Source: an uncultured delta proteobacterium
GTDB taxonomy: Bacteria; Desulfobacterota; Desulfobacteria; Desulfobacterales; JAHEIW01
Reading direction: 5' to 3'
DNA length: 64,000 nucleotides
NCBI GenBank assembly: GCA_963706575.1
Contig: CAVPNL010000009.1
Coordinates: 128,001 to 192,000 of the forward strand
Shown here piece after piece: positions 47,609 through 56,167 of the stretch. The translations under genes and the position numbers were made by a program. Below the pieces are notes generated by a model. The model saw only the letters and a list, made by a program, of their open reading frames with translations, ran no database searches and had not been told where the DNA came from. Position 1 is the stretch's first letter. Each line of letters begins with the position of its first letter.

Positions 47609-48860
47609 TTAAGCTTTATGATTGTTATTTGTCTTGTTTCCGGCGGTGAAGAGATAAAGCAAAGCTGCTCCGGCGAGGCACACCATACATACCAAAAACA
47701 CCGCATCGAATGCAGCCGGTCCTCGTGAAGCATTCGGGTAAAGACGCTGCATTAAAATTCCCAGTCCCTGAAGAAATACAGCCGGACCCATCATGTTAAA
47801 AAAGTTGATGCCGGTCATGGCTGCGCCTGCCATTTTTTGCGGCATGAGATCTTTGATATGCGGATACATCAACAATCCGCCGGATGAAATCAGCCCGAAC
47901 GACAAAGAAAATGACGCCAATACAAACAGGTCGGTCTTCGGAGAAATAGATCGCCAGTACCAGGTAAATCAAACCCATGAGGAGCAGACAAAAAACAATA
48001 AGCCCTTTGCGTGTTTTGAAAACCCTGTCAGACAGCGTCCCCCACAGCGGGCACCCGATGATGAATCCCACGTTCATCAACAATATCAGATTGCCCGTGC
48101 GTATTGCAGAATAGCCCATCACTTCGATAAGAAACGGTCCGGCCCACAGCACCTGAAAAGCGGCAAAGGTCCCATAGCGTATAAAAGTCGCAACAGAAAT
48201 CAACCAGTAATCCCCGTTTCTTAAGAGAAGGCCCAGATTTGAAAAAGCCTGTTTCATGCTGATCGATGGTTCCCCGCTCGAGGTGTGGGTTGAAGGCTGA
48301 GGGGGGCGGTCGCGAACCACTACAAAAAGCATAACGGTTAAGATGAGGTTGATACCGGCAATTAACTGGAAGCTGTGGCGCCAGCCCATTTGTTCAACCA
48401 GCACGACCAGTGGAGTTGCCGCGATCATGTTTCCGAAGGTGCCGATAGAAACGACAACGCCGGTCAGGGTGGCGAAAATAAGGGGCTCGAACCATTCGGT
48501 TAGCAGTTTAAAAGTCCCCATCAAATTGCAGGCCATGCCGATTCCCAGCAGGATGCGGCCGACCAAACCGATGCCTAAAGCGTCGGCCATGGAAAAAACA
48601 AGTGCGCCCAGGATACCCAGCAGGGAAAGAGCCGTCATCATCAATCGGGGGCCCACTTTATCCAACAACAGGCTGATCGGGATTTGAGCGAATGCGAAAC
48701 CATAAAAGAAGGCGGCCGATAATAAGCCTAACCCCTCTGTGTCAAGAGACAGATCCCGGATTAACTCCGGCGCAATCACGGCGTTTGAAGCCCGATAAAA
48801 TTGAGACAGAAAAAAGTGCGATATTGCAATGATAAATATGATCCAGCGACGAGACATCAT
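47609..48860 (-). pseudogene. MFS transporter, frameshifted near 47950
   Basis: SQFYR, LLLDKVGPR, GTLSDR. The hydrophobic C-terminus (LFVLASFSLSFG...AGAAMTGINFF) continues in another frame; one extra nt at about 47949-47951. Confidence 0.8.
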
Positions 48861-48984
48861 TCCACTCTTTATTTTGACAATTCTCTTGTTTCATTTCGTT
48901 ACGGCATATGCGTTATTATGGTGCCGGGCCGGCATGTCAAGACCAAATTATTGTAATTAACCATTTATCCTGCCTTACGTTTTC

Positions 48985-49013
48985 TTGACACCCATCCTTT
49001 GGTTCCCTATATT
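48985..49013 (+). promoter_or_regulatory. Sigma70 promoter upstream of the second sppA
   Basis: TTGACA-17 nt-TATATT. Confidence 0.6.
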
Positions 49014-49040
49014 CGATTAGCCAAGGTCAGAAAATTAAAT

Positions 49041-49126
49041 TATCCGCAGATTACGCAGATTTAAAATGTTAAAAGGCGAAGAGTGTATTAAAATATAATC
49101 TGCGTGAATCTGCGAAATCTGCGGAT
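49041..49126. repeat. Nonamer-periodic inverted-repeat element (CGCAGATT family)
   Basis: atccgcagattacgcagatt ... aatctgcgtgaatctgcgaaatctgcggat. Confidence 0.8.
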
Positions 49127-49141
49127 GTAAAGGAAGATAAC

Positions 49142-50128
49142 ATGCGAAAGCCTCTATTCATCATTGCGGTAGTTGTTGTACTTTTTTTAATCAGTTGTCA
49201 GGCACCCAAGATAAGGCTTTTTCCCAGTGCGGCCGATCCATTGCAGGAGTATACGCTTGAGGGGACAGAAAAGGACAAGGTGCTGGTTATTTCGATCAGA
49301 GGAACGATTTCTGACTCTCCCAAAAAGCAGTTTGTCAGCACGCGTCCCAGTATGGTTCAGGAGGTCGTATCTCAACTCCGCAAGGCGGAGAAGGATTCGA
49401 AAGTTAAAGCCGTTATCTTAAAAGTAAACTCGCCGGGGGGGTCGGTTACGGCCAGTGATATCCTGTATAATGAAATTGTGGCCTATAAGCAAAAAACGAA
49501 GGCAAAAGTTGTGGTTGCCATGATGGGTGTTGCCGCTTCCGGCGGATATTATATCTCGCTGCCCGCCGATTATATTTTAGCTCACCCGACCTCCATAACC
49601 GGTTCGGTAGGTGTTTTGTTTTTGCGCCCCGATGTGGCCGGGCTGATGGATAAAATCGGTCTTGGCGTTGAGATTAGCAAAACGGGCAAAAACAAGGACA
49701 TGGGGTCTCCCTTTCGGCAGGCGACCGCCGATGAAAAACAAATTATCAACGACTTGATCGATCAACTGGGCAAACGATTTTTGGATCGTATTGCCGAGCA
49801 CCGCAAAATCGATCCGGATAACCTAAAAGCAATATCGAGTGCTCGGATTTTTCTGGCCGATGATGCCTTAAAGCTGGGGATGGTCGACAGCGTTGGGTAT
49901 CTTGCTGAAGCTGTCAGCCAGGCCAAGAAGCTGGCAGACCTGCCGCAAGACGCTAAAATCGTCGTCTATCGCCGCACCGAGTACCCGGACGACAACCTTT
50001 ACAACACTTCTACATCTCATTATGAAGGCCGGGGACTGTCAATTATATCATTGGATCTCCCCGCCTCCCTGACCGCGTTTCAAGCCGGCTTTTATTACCT
50101 GTGGCAGCCGGGTGTAATGGAAGATTAA
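49142..50128 (+). CDS. sppA: Signal peptide peptidase SppA, 36K type (possible lipoprotein)
   Basis: LISC lipobox-like, KAVILKVNSPGG, AASGGYYIS, TGSVGV, KTGKNKD. Confidence 0.92.
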   Translation: MRKPLFIIAVVVVLFLISCQAPKIRLFPSAADPLQEYTLEGTEKDKVLVISIRGTISDSPKKQFVSTRPSMVQEVVSQLRKAEKDSKVKAVILKVNSPGGSVTASDILYNEIVAYKQKTKAKVVVAMMGVAASGGYYISLPADYILAHPTSITGSVGVLFLRPDVAGLMDKIGLGVEISKTGKNKDMGSPFRQATADEKQIINDLIDQLGKRFLDRIAEHRKIDPDNLKAISSARIFLADDALKLGMVDSVGYLAEAVSQAKKLADLPQDAKIVVYRRTEYPDDNLYNTSTSHYEGRGLSIISLDLPASLTAFQAGFYYLWQPGVMED

Positions 50129-51144
50129 TTTGCCTGCTTATCGATCGTGTCTGCCGATTGCCGCCCCAGGAAATGTGTGATGGTTACATCCACAATCTCC
50201 TGCCACATGTTGTTTCCGACGGATGTCTCATCAATTATAAGGTGATGCATTTTTATTTTCGTTGCCGTTTTGTTTTTTTTAACCGGATGAATGTTCCATT
50301 GATCGAGGTTTTGATCCTGTATCATGTTTTGCAAACCGGAAAAGGAAATGAGCTCATCCTGCTTATCGATAAAGACAACGGTGGGTATATTTATTTTTGG
50401 ATTCAGATTGTCTTCTAAATGCGCATACATCTCAAACAGAGCATTGTAAGCGGCAATTGGTGTTCCATTATTTGTCAGGTAGGACTTATGAGCGATACTC
50501 GGGATAACGATTCTCGGAAAAGGCGACAATATTTTTAAAAAACTATTTCGCTTGTGCATTTTTATCGCCGGGGCAAACAGCACCATTTTATCAAACGTAA
50601 CCTTAGGGTTTGAAGAGAGTAGATCGACCCCAAGCAATCCGCCCATCGAAAAACCGACAAAAAGCAATGGGGTTGCATACAGATTGCTTTTTCTTTCAAT
50701 GCGCTGATAGGCTTGATAGGCCTCGCTTTTCCACAAAGCGTAGGTAACGGATTTGAAAGTTTCCATGCGTGCATCGGCACTATCAGCATGGTTGAGATCA
50801 GAATAGTTCTCGCCATGACCGCGCAATGACAGGTTTAAGCAATCGATTCCAAAATCATTCATCCTGGCGATAATGGACTCCATTTTTTCCGGCCGGCTAT
50901 TGAGTCCATGGATAACCAGGGCCACACCGTTTAATTTTGTGTTATTTTTTCTTTTATACCAGCGGATCGAGGGATTTTCCGCCTCTTTTTCATCTGACCG
51001 TTCATCCGAATACTTCAAAGCCAGTAATGCTCGGCCGGATTTAACACCGGCGCTTTGGTTACCGCCAACCATATCCGATAGGTCGGAACCACCGGCCGAC
51101 AGAATTAAACTGACAATAAATAGAGCGATCGATACCGTTTTCAT
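50125..51144 (-). CDS. Secreted alpha/beta hydrolase (esterase-like)
   Basis: IHGLN, LRGHG, GFSMGG nucleophile elbow, DELIS, MHH. Start set at ATG 51144 with signal peptide. Confidence 0.85.
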   Translation of the reverse strand: MKTVSIALFIVSLILSAGGSDLSDMVGGNQSAGVKSGRALLALKYSDERSDEKEAENPSIRWYKRKNNTKLNGVALVIHGLNSRPEKMESIIARMNDFGIDCLNLSLRGHGENYSDLNHADSADARMETFKSVTYALWKSEAYQAYQRIERKSNLYATPLLFVGFSMGGLLGVDLLSSNPKVTFDKMVLFAPAIKMHKRNSFLKILSPFPRIVIPSIAHKSYLTNNGTPIAAYNALFEMYAHLEDNLNPKINIPTVVFIDKQDELISFSGLQNMIQDQNLDQWNIHPVKKNKTATKIKMHHLIIDETSVGNNMWQEIVDVTITHFLGRQSADTIDKQAN

Positions 51145-51313
51145 AATGATCTTCAGTTCGTAAAGAAAAATTGAATCAAGCCCATACCATATAATCATTA
51201 TAACGGAAAAGGAACAAAAATGGTTGCCGGCAATAGTATAAGCCGGCAAATTGAAATTGACATCCATCCACAAATCAAATATGTTGGCGGAAATTTATCT
51301 GAGGAGGTCAGAC

Positions 51314-51721
51314 ATGAAAAACATTCGCATGTTTCTCAAACCGGTGGGCCTTTTATTGGCTGTTTTTATGTTCTTAATCTCCGGTCCGTGTCAGTCGGCT
51401 ATGGCCGCAATGATCGGAACCGAATCAGTCGTCAATACTGATAGCGCGCAAAATGCGCGGGAATATCTTAAAAGCCTGTTCGCCCGCGATGATGTGAAAA
51501 GCGCACTGGTATCCCAGGGCATCGATCCCGGGGAGGCCGAATTCCGCCTTGATAGTCTGACGGATGAAGAAGCAACACGCCTTGCCGATCAGTTGCAAGG
51601 GCTGCCTGCCGGCGGCTTTTTTACAACCCTTCTTATTGTTGTCTTTGTCGTTTTTCTCGTTCTTTTAGCCACCGATATTGCCGGGTATACGGATGTATTT
51701 CCATTTGTAAAATCCAAATAG
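51314..51721 (+). CDS. PA2779-family secreted/membrane protein
   Basis: AMIGT, RDDV..L...GIDP, R.DSLTDEE, LPAGG, C-terminal TM, TDIAGYTDVFPF. Confidence 0.8.
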   Translation: MKNIRMFLKPVGLLLAVFMFLISGPCQSAMAAMIGTESVVNTDSAQNAREYLKSLFARDDVKSALVSQGIDPGEAEFRLDSLTDEEATRLADQLQGLPAGGFFTTLLIVVFVVFLVLLATDIAGYTDVFPFVKSK

Positions 51722-51757
51722 TAGAAACCGTCTCAAGAAAAATAAACAGGCGTTTGT

Positions 51758-51790
51758 AACCGGGAAAGGGGAGACGCCCCTTTCCCGGTC
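51758..51790. terminator. GC-rich hairpin after the PA2779-family gene
   Basis: accgggaaagggg agacg cccctttcccggt. Confidence 0.6.
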
Positions 51791-51892
51791 CTTTCCATTA
51801 AGGACCCCACCCGATGATTTCAATATAGCACCCGATTTCGCCTTTTTATGCTGCTCTCCGCTTAATTTAATAACCGTCAAAAATTTGCCGAC

Positions 51893-52037
51893 TATGAAAA
51901 TATTTTCATAATTTGATGTGAATAATAATTCATAATCTTTTTAACCGACCCAGCGGCGGTTTTTTCATAACATACTGTTATTACAAGTAATATTATTAAA
52001 TATGTCATATTTCATCGCATTTGGCATGCTATTTGTA
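51893..52037 (+). promoter_or_regulatory. Sigma54-type promoter with two upstream palindromes
   Basis: TTGGCATGCTATTTGTA at 52021 (GG-N10-GT); tatgaaaatattttcata (51893-51910) and tgtgaataataattcata (51917-51934); AT-rich spacer. Confidence 0.6.
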
Positions 52038-52047
52038 TAGATGTATA

Positions 52048-52203
52048 GGAAAAACGATAAATATCGTGTTGGTCTCTCGAATGTGCGTGCATCTTCCCCT
52101 GCGGGCTTCAAACCTAAAAAGCGAATGACCACGCACGAGAACAACGGCATTCAGGGAGCCATAAGCAAAAAGGCAGAGCCAATTTAGGATCTGCCTTTTT
52201 TCT
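52048..52203 (+). ncRNA. Candidate small RNA
   Basis: Follows the sigma54-like promoter; stem gttg.tctc..gtgcgtg / cacgcacgagaacaac; ends in terminator aaaaaggcaga..tctgcctttttt. Confidence 0.45.
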
Positions 52204-52278
52204 TTGTATTCAGGTTACCGCTCCAAGCAGTCTGTACAAAAAATTATGAAGTAATCTCAATCCGCCTCCGGCGGACGA

Positions 52279-53565
52279 TTAGCCCAGTCGCTTCCCCTCC
52301 AGCACCTTGAGCTGTTTGGGTTGCGGTTCATCATAGCTGTATTGAACCCGCTGGTATTCAGATCGAAAGCGGTTAACCTCTTCTTTAACCGACTTCTTGT
52401 CGATAATGCACGCCTTCATCAATTCAGCAATGCGTTCCATTTCCATTACGCCCATCCCGAAACGTGTCATCTCCTGGACACCGATTCGAATGCCGTCCGG
52501 ATGGTCGTGAGCCTTGAGCGGCTCATGCGGCAGCATATTCATGTTGATAATGATATCGTTGATTTCAAGATTTTTTGAGACCCGTTCACCCCCGCGAAAA
52601 TCCCTCACATTCAAGGCAACCTGATGGCTTTCAGTATACCCGAATTCCTTGGCCTGCACATCAAAGCCAAAACGGTCCAGGGCAGCGGCCAGCACTTTGG
52701 CATTTTTTATCGTATCCACCGCGTACTGCTCACCGAAGTCCATTATTTCATAGGTACAGATGGCCATCTGGGCCAGCGTATCCAGGTGGTGGTTGCTCGA
52801 TGATCCGGGAAAAGCACCTCTGTCAATTCTACGCCAGTCATCATCTTCCATGTTACTGAGGATGAGACCCCGTTGGCTGCCAAAATAGGTTTTGTGGGTG
52901 CTGGCTGTCATTAAAAAGGCGCCTTCTTTTAATGGGCGCTGGAATTGCTTGCCGGCAATCAGACCCAACACATGGGCTGCATCGTAAATGATTCGCGTGC
53001 CGTATTGTTGGCAGACTTCTGAAAGCTCCTGGACCGGCTCCGGAAATAGAAACAGGCTTTTACCCAGAACGACAATTTTGGGCCTGGCTTTTTCGATCAA
53101 ATATATCGTTTTTTCCAGATCAAGATGATATCCGTCCGCCGTCAGGGGGATATCAATGATATTTTTAGTGAATTTTCCAAGCGACCCTTCCCGATGGTGA
53201 CTGATATGGCCTCCAGCCGGAGTTGAGTTGACCATGACCACATCACCGGGGCGGACAAAACGGCTGAATACCGCTTCGTTGGCATTGGTGCCGCTGATGG
53301 GCCTGACCTCGGCGTGATCGCATTCGAAGAGGATTTTTAAATTCGTTGTGAGCTGGTTTTCGATTTCATCAATGTACGATGTTCCCCTGTAGTATCGTTC
53401 TCCCGGGTGGCCTTCTGCATATCGATGCGCGAAATCGGACCCGGCCTGGGTCCGGACGCGCTGACTGACAATGTTTTCGCTGGCTATCAGGTTGATGCAT
53501 CGATTTCGCCATTGAGCCTGCTTCTGGATTAGATTTTCGATTTCGCTGATTTCTTTTACATACAT
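52279..53565 (-). CDS. glyA: Serine hydroxymethyltransferase (archaeal-like sequence type)
   Basis: INLIASEN, YAEGHPGERYY, GGHISH, YDAAHVLGLIAG, STHKT, GIRIG. Confidence 0.92.
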   Translation of the reverse strand: MYVKEISEIENLIQKQAQWRNRCINLIASENIVSQRVRTQAGSDFAHRYAEGHPGERYYRGTSYIDEIENQLTTNLKILFECDHAEVRPISGTNANEAVFSRFVRPGDVVMVNSTPAGGHISHHREGSLGKFTKNIIDIPLTADGYHLDLEKTIYLIEKARPKIVVLGKSLFLFPEPVQELSEVCQQYGTRIIYDAAHVLGLIAGKQFQRPLKEGAFLMTASTHKTYFGSQRGLILSNMEDDDWRRIDRGAFPGSSSNHHLDTLAQMAICTYEIMDFGEQYAVDTIKNAKVLAAALDRFGFDVQAKEFGYTESHQVALNVRDFRGGERVSKNLEINDIIINMNMLPHEPLKAHDHPDGIRIGVQEMTRFGMGVMEMERIAELMKACIIDKKSVKEEVNRFRSEYQRVQYSYDEPQPKQLKVLEGKRLG

Positions 53566-53671
53566 TCTAAAAACCCCCCTTTTTTGGATTAAGCCCTGCA
53601 TCTTTCATAGTTCGATATGTTTGTCAAATAGATCGATAAAAACTAAATTGTCGAGTCCGGGAGTTTTCAGC

Positions 53672-53697
53672 GTCATCCCCGCCTGCGCGGGAATGAC
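53672..53697. repeat. Short palindromic repeat (GTCAT.CCCGC...GCGGGAATGAC)
   Basis: gtcatccccgcctgcgcgggaatgac; related cccgc..gcggg hairpins at about 45150 and 54241. Confidence 0.6.
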
Positions 53698-53866
53698 AAG
53701 CTTGAAATGAAAAAATTCTCCACCATCTGAGCAAAATTACCATTCTTTCAGCGAACGCTGAGCCTCTGCTGGAAACGATAAGTCATCTTACCCGATTTCA
53801 CGACTTGCGAACCGACCGGGTTGGACTTATCTTTGTATTAACCACTTGTAAATATGGAGGAATACC

Positions 53867-54067
53867 ATGCCCATCTATGAATATAGCTGCGAACACTGCA
53901 GTTACAAATTTGATAAGCTTGTGATGAGTTCCAATGCCGAAGTGAAATATCCCCTTTGCCAGGGGGGCGTGAAAAAACTGATGTCAACGATTTCCGTAGG
54001 CCATGACGATAACTTAAGCAGCAATCTGCCGCCAGGGGTCGGACCCAAGATGTGCACTAACTGTTGA
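53867..54067 (+). CDS. FmdB-family zinc ribbon protein
   Basis: MPIYEYSCEHC...YPLC..VKKLMS; RBS ggagg. Confidence 0.82.
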   Translation: MPIYEYSCEHCSYKFDKLVMSSNAEVKYPLCQGGVKKLMSTISVGHDDNLSSNLPPGVGPKMCTNC

Positions 54068-54302
54068 GGCCTTTATCAAGAGGATTTTCAGTTTTTTTTA
54101 CCGGGATTGCGGATAGGACAAAAAGGAAGTTTATGTCCGCCGCAGGCCGATCGAGAAAGTCGTTGTTCTCAGCATACATATGGGTATGTGAGCATTTATC
54201 GGAGGCTGTGCTGCACCCTAATTTAAAAAATAAGATGCGAATCCCGCGATAGCGGGGCAACGCAACCATTGAGCCTTAGATGGGGTTTTGAAGCCACTTC
54301 TA
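54068..54302. mobile_element. Degenerate MITE-like intergenic element
   Basis: Right end ttttgaagccacttcta resembles the end at 56136-56150; internal catacatatgggtatg hairpin as in the 22899 element. Left end poorly conserved. Confidence 0.45.
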
Positions 54303-54719
54303 AGATATCGTGGGATACAGCTCTATCAGCCGATTTCCCAGCATTTCTGCAAGGCGTTTGAAAAGCAGGGCTTCGTTCTGGGGATATTTTTTTAAGATAT
54401 CAAGAAAGACATCCCGATTAAACTTCAGCAGATTGGTTTCCTCCATGCATTCGCCAGCGGCTGAATAACGCTCTCTACCGATCAGCCCCGACCATCCGAT
54501 GATCTCCCCCGGCTGGCGAGCCATATACACAACCGGGCCTTTTTCACCCAGGCTCAGTTTCACCCTGCCTTTGAGCAGAACAAAAAAATGTCGGGCGGAA
54601 TCTCCTTCCTGAAACAAAATCTCACCTTCGTTCTGAAATAATTTTTCTGCAATATCCAGAACTTCCACGGTAAATTGCTTGCCCATGCCTATAAAAAAAT
54701 CAGACATTTTGATGTACAT
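54300..54719 (-). CDS. Cyclic nucleotide-binding domain protein
   Basis: GEILFQEGD, FFVLLKGRV, PGEIIGWSGL, RYSA. Confidence 0.87.
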   Translation of the reverse strand: MYIKMSDFFIGMGKQFTVEVLDIAEKLFQNEGEILFQEGDSARHFFVLLKGRVKLSLGEKGPVVYMARQPGEIIGWSGLIGRERYSAAGECMEETNLLKFNRDVFLDILKKYPQNEALLFKRLAEMLGNRLIELYPTIS

Positions 54720-54731
54720 GGTTTAACCTTT

Positions 54732-55901
54732 CTAAACTTTTTCTAACGTCCGTTTAAAGCCTTCCATCGATCCGGTGATGGTGGCATCCGGCACCGCATA
54801 GGATAAGCGAAAATAGCCCGGTCCGTCAAAACCGGCGCCCGGTACGGTTAGAATGAGCTCCTCTTTTAACAGCTGGGTGAATTTGACATCGTCGGGGATC
54901 GGGCTTTTGGGAAACAGGTAGAAAGCGCCTTCGGGCACATGAAATTCATACCCGATTTCAGAAAGACCCTGGCAGAGCATATCGCGCCGGCGCCGGTAAA
55001 TGGAAACATCCACCGTAGTGCCTTGAAGCCGGGCAATCGCATGCTGCATCAGACTGGGAGCGTTTACACACAGCATGGTGTTGATTACGGCAGCGGCGCT
55101 GGCTAACAGCACGGCGTCTTCGGCTTCCGGGTTGACCGCCAGATAACCAATGCGTTCACCGGCCAACGACAGCTCCTTGGAATAGGAGGAGACGATTATC
55201 GAATGCGGATAGGCTTTAAATATAGAGGGCACTTCCAAATCATACACGATTTTACGGTAGGGCTCATCGGCCACCAGATAAATGCGCTTGCCGAATTTTT
55301 GACTGGCGGCTTCCAGCACCCGACCCAGTTCGGCCAGTTCCTCTGCCGCATAGACTGCACCGGTGGGATTATTGGGGGAATTGATCAGCATCACCCGGGT
55401 TTTATCTGTAATCGCCGATTCGATGGCAGCCGTGTCCAGGTGGAAGTCTGCAGCCGTGGGAGCAGTTTTAATTGCGGCTTTGGCAATGAAGGCATAGTGG
55501 TCGTAGCCGATAAAATAGGGGGAGGGGATTAAAATTTCCTCGCCGGGGTTGATGACGGCGCCGAGGGCGTCGTTTAAAGCGCCGGCAGCGCCCACTGTCA
55601 TAATGATGAAATCCGGTGTCAATTTGACATCGAGTAAAGCGCTGAGATAATCGGCGACCGCCTGTCGAACGTGAGGATATCCGGTATTAGGCGTATAGCC
55701 ATGCCCCAGAGATTCGTCGTTGACCAACTCCCTAAGCACTTTTTTAAATTCCGCTGGCGGCGGGACGTCCGGGTTTCCAATAGAAAAATCAAAGACATTG
55801 TCAGGGCCGTATTCGGCCTTAAGCCGCGTGCCCTCTTCGAACATCTTTTTAACCATTTCCATCCCTTCGACCATCTTGATTATTTGATTGGCTATGGGCA
55901 T
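54732..55901 (-). CDS. PLP-dependent class I/II aminotransferase (aspartate aminotransferase-like)
   Basis: DFSIGNPD, INSPNNPTG, DEPY, SYSKELSLAGERIGY, GAFYLF, YFRLSY. Confidence 0.92.
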   Translation of the reverse strand: MPIANQIIKMVEGMEMVKKMFEEGTRLKAEYGPDNVFDFSIGNPDVPPPAEFKKVLRELVNDESLGHGYTPNTGYPHVRQAVADYLSALLDVKLTPDFIIMTVGAAGALNDALGAVINPGEEILIPSPYFIGYDHYAFIAKAAIKTAPTAADFHLDTAAIESAITDKTRVMLINSPNNPTGAVYAAEELAELGRVLEAASQKFGKRIYLVADEPYRKIVYDLEVPSIFKAYPHSIIVSSYSKELSLAGERIGYLAVNPEAEDAVLLASAAAVINTMLCVNAPSLMQHAIARLQGTTVDVSIYRRRRDMLCQGLSEIGYEFHVPEGAFYLFPKSPIPDDVKFTQLLKEELILTVPGAGFDGPGYFRLSYAVPDATITGSMEGFKRTLEKV

Positions 55902-55915
55902 TTCTTTCTCCTTTT

Positions 55916-56149
55916 AACTGGCTTCAAACCTATCATCTATTGCCCGATGACCGCGTTGTGAACCGGTTCAAAATGCTTGAATATCGCGGTAAGATGCCGC
56001 TCCCACAAATTGTTTCGAAATAAATCATGAAAAATACGATTGTCTGCTGATCTTAGTGGGAGTGGCTTCCAGCCACGATTTTGACGCTCCGCTTTTAAAC
56101 CGAACCACGCCTTGTCCTCGAGCAATAGCTAACAGTTTTGAAGCCAGTT
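55916..56149. mobile_element. 234-bp MITE-like element with 13-bp TIRs and an internal GTGG-type REP pair
   Basis: aactggcttcaaa ... tttgaagccagtt; internal atcgcggtaagatgccgctcccac / gtgggagtggcttccagccacgat. Confidence 0.7.
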
Positions 56150-56167
56150 TGTTGTGTGAAATTGTCT

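Noticed and set aside
52041..52187. 48-aa small ORF inside the candidate sRNA
   Set aside because: No RBS, and the ATG lies upstream of the predicted sigma54 start site. Not excluded if another promoter is used.
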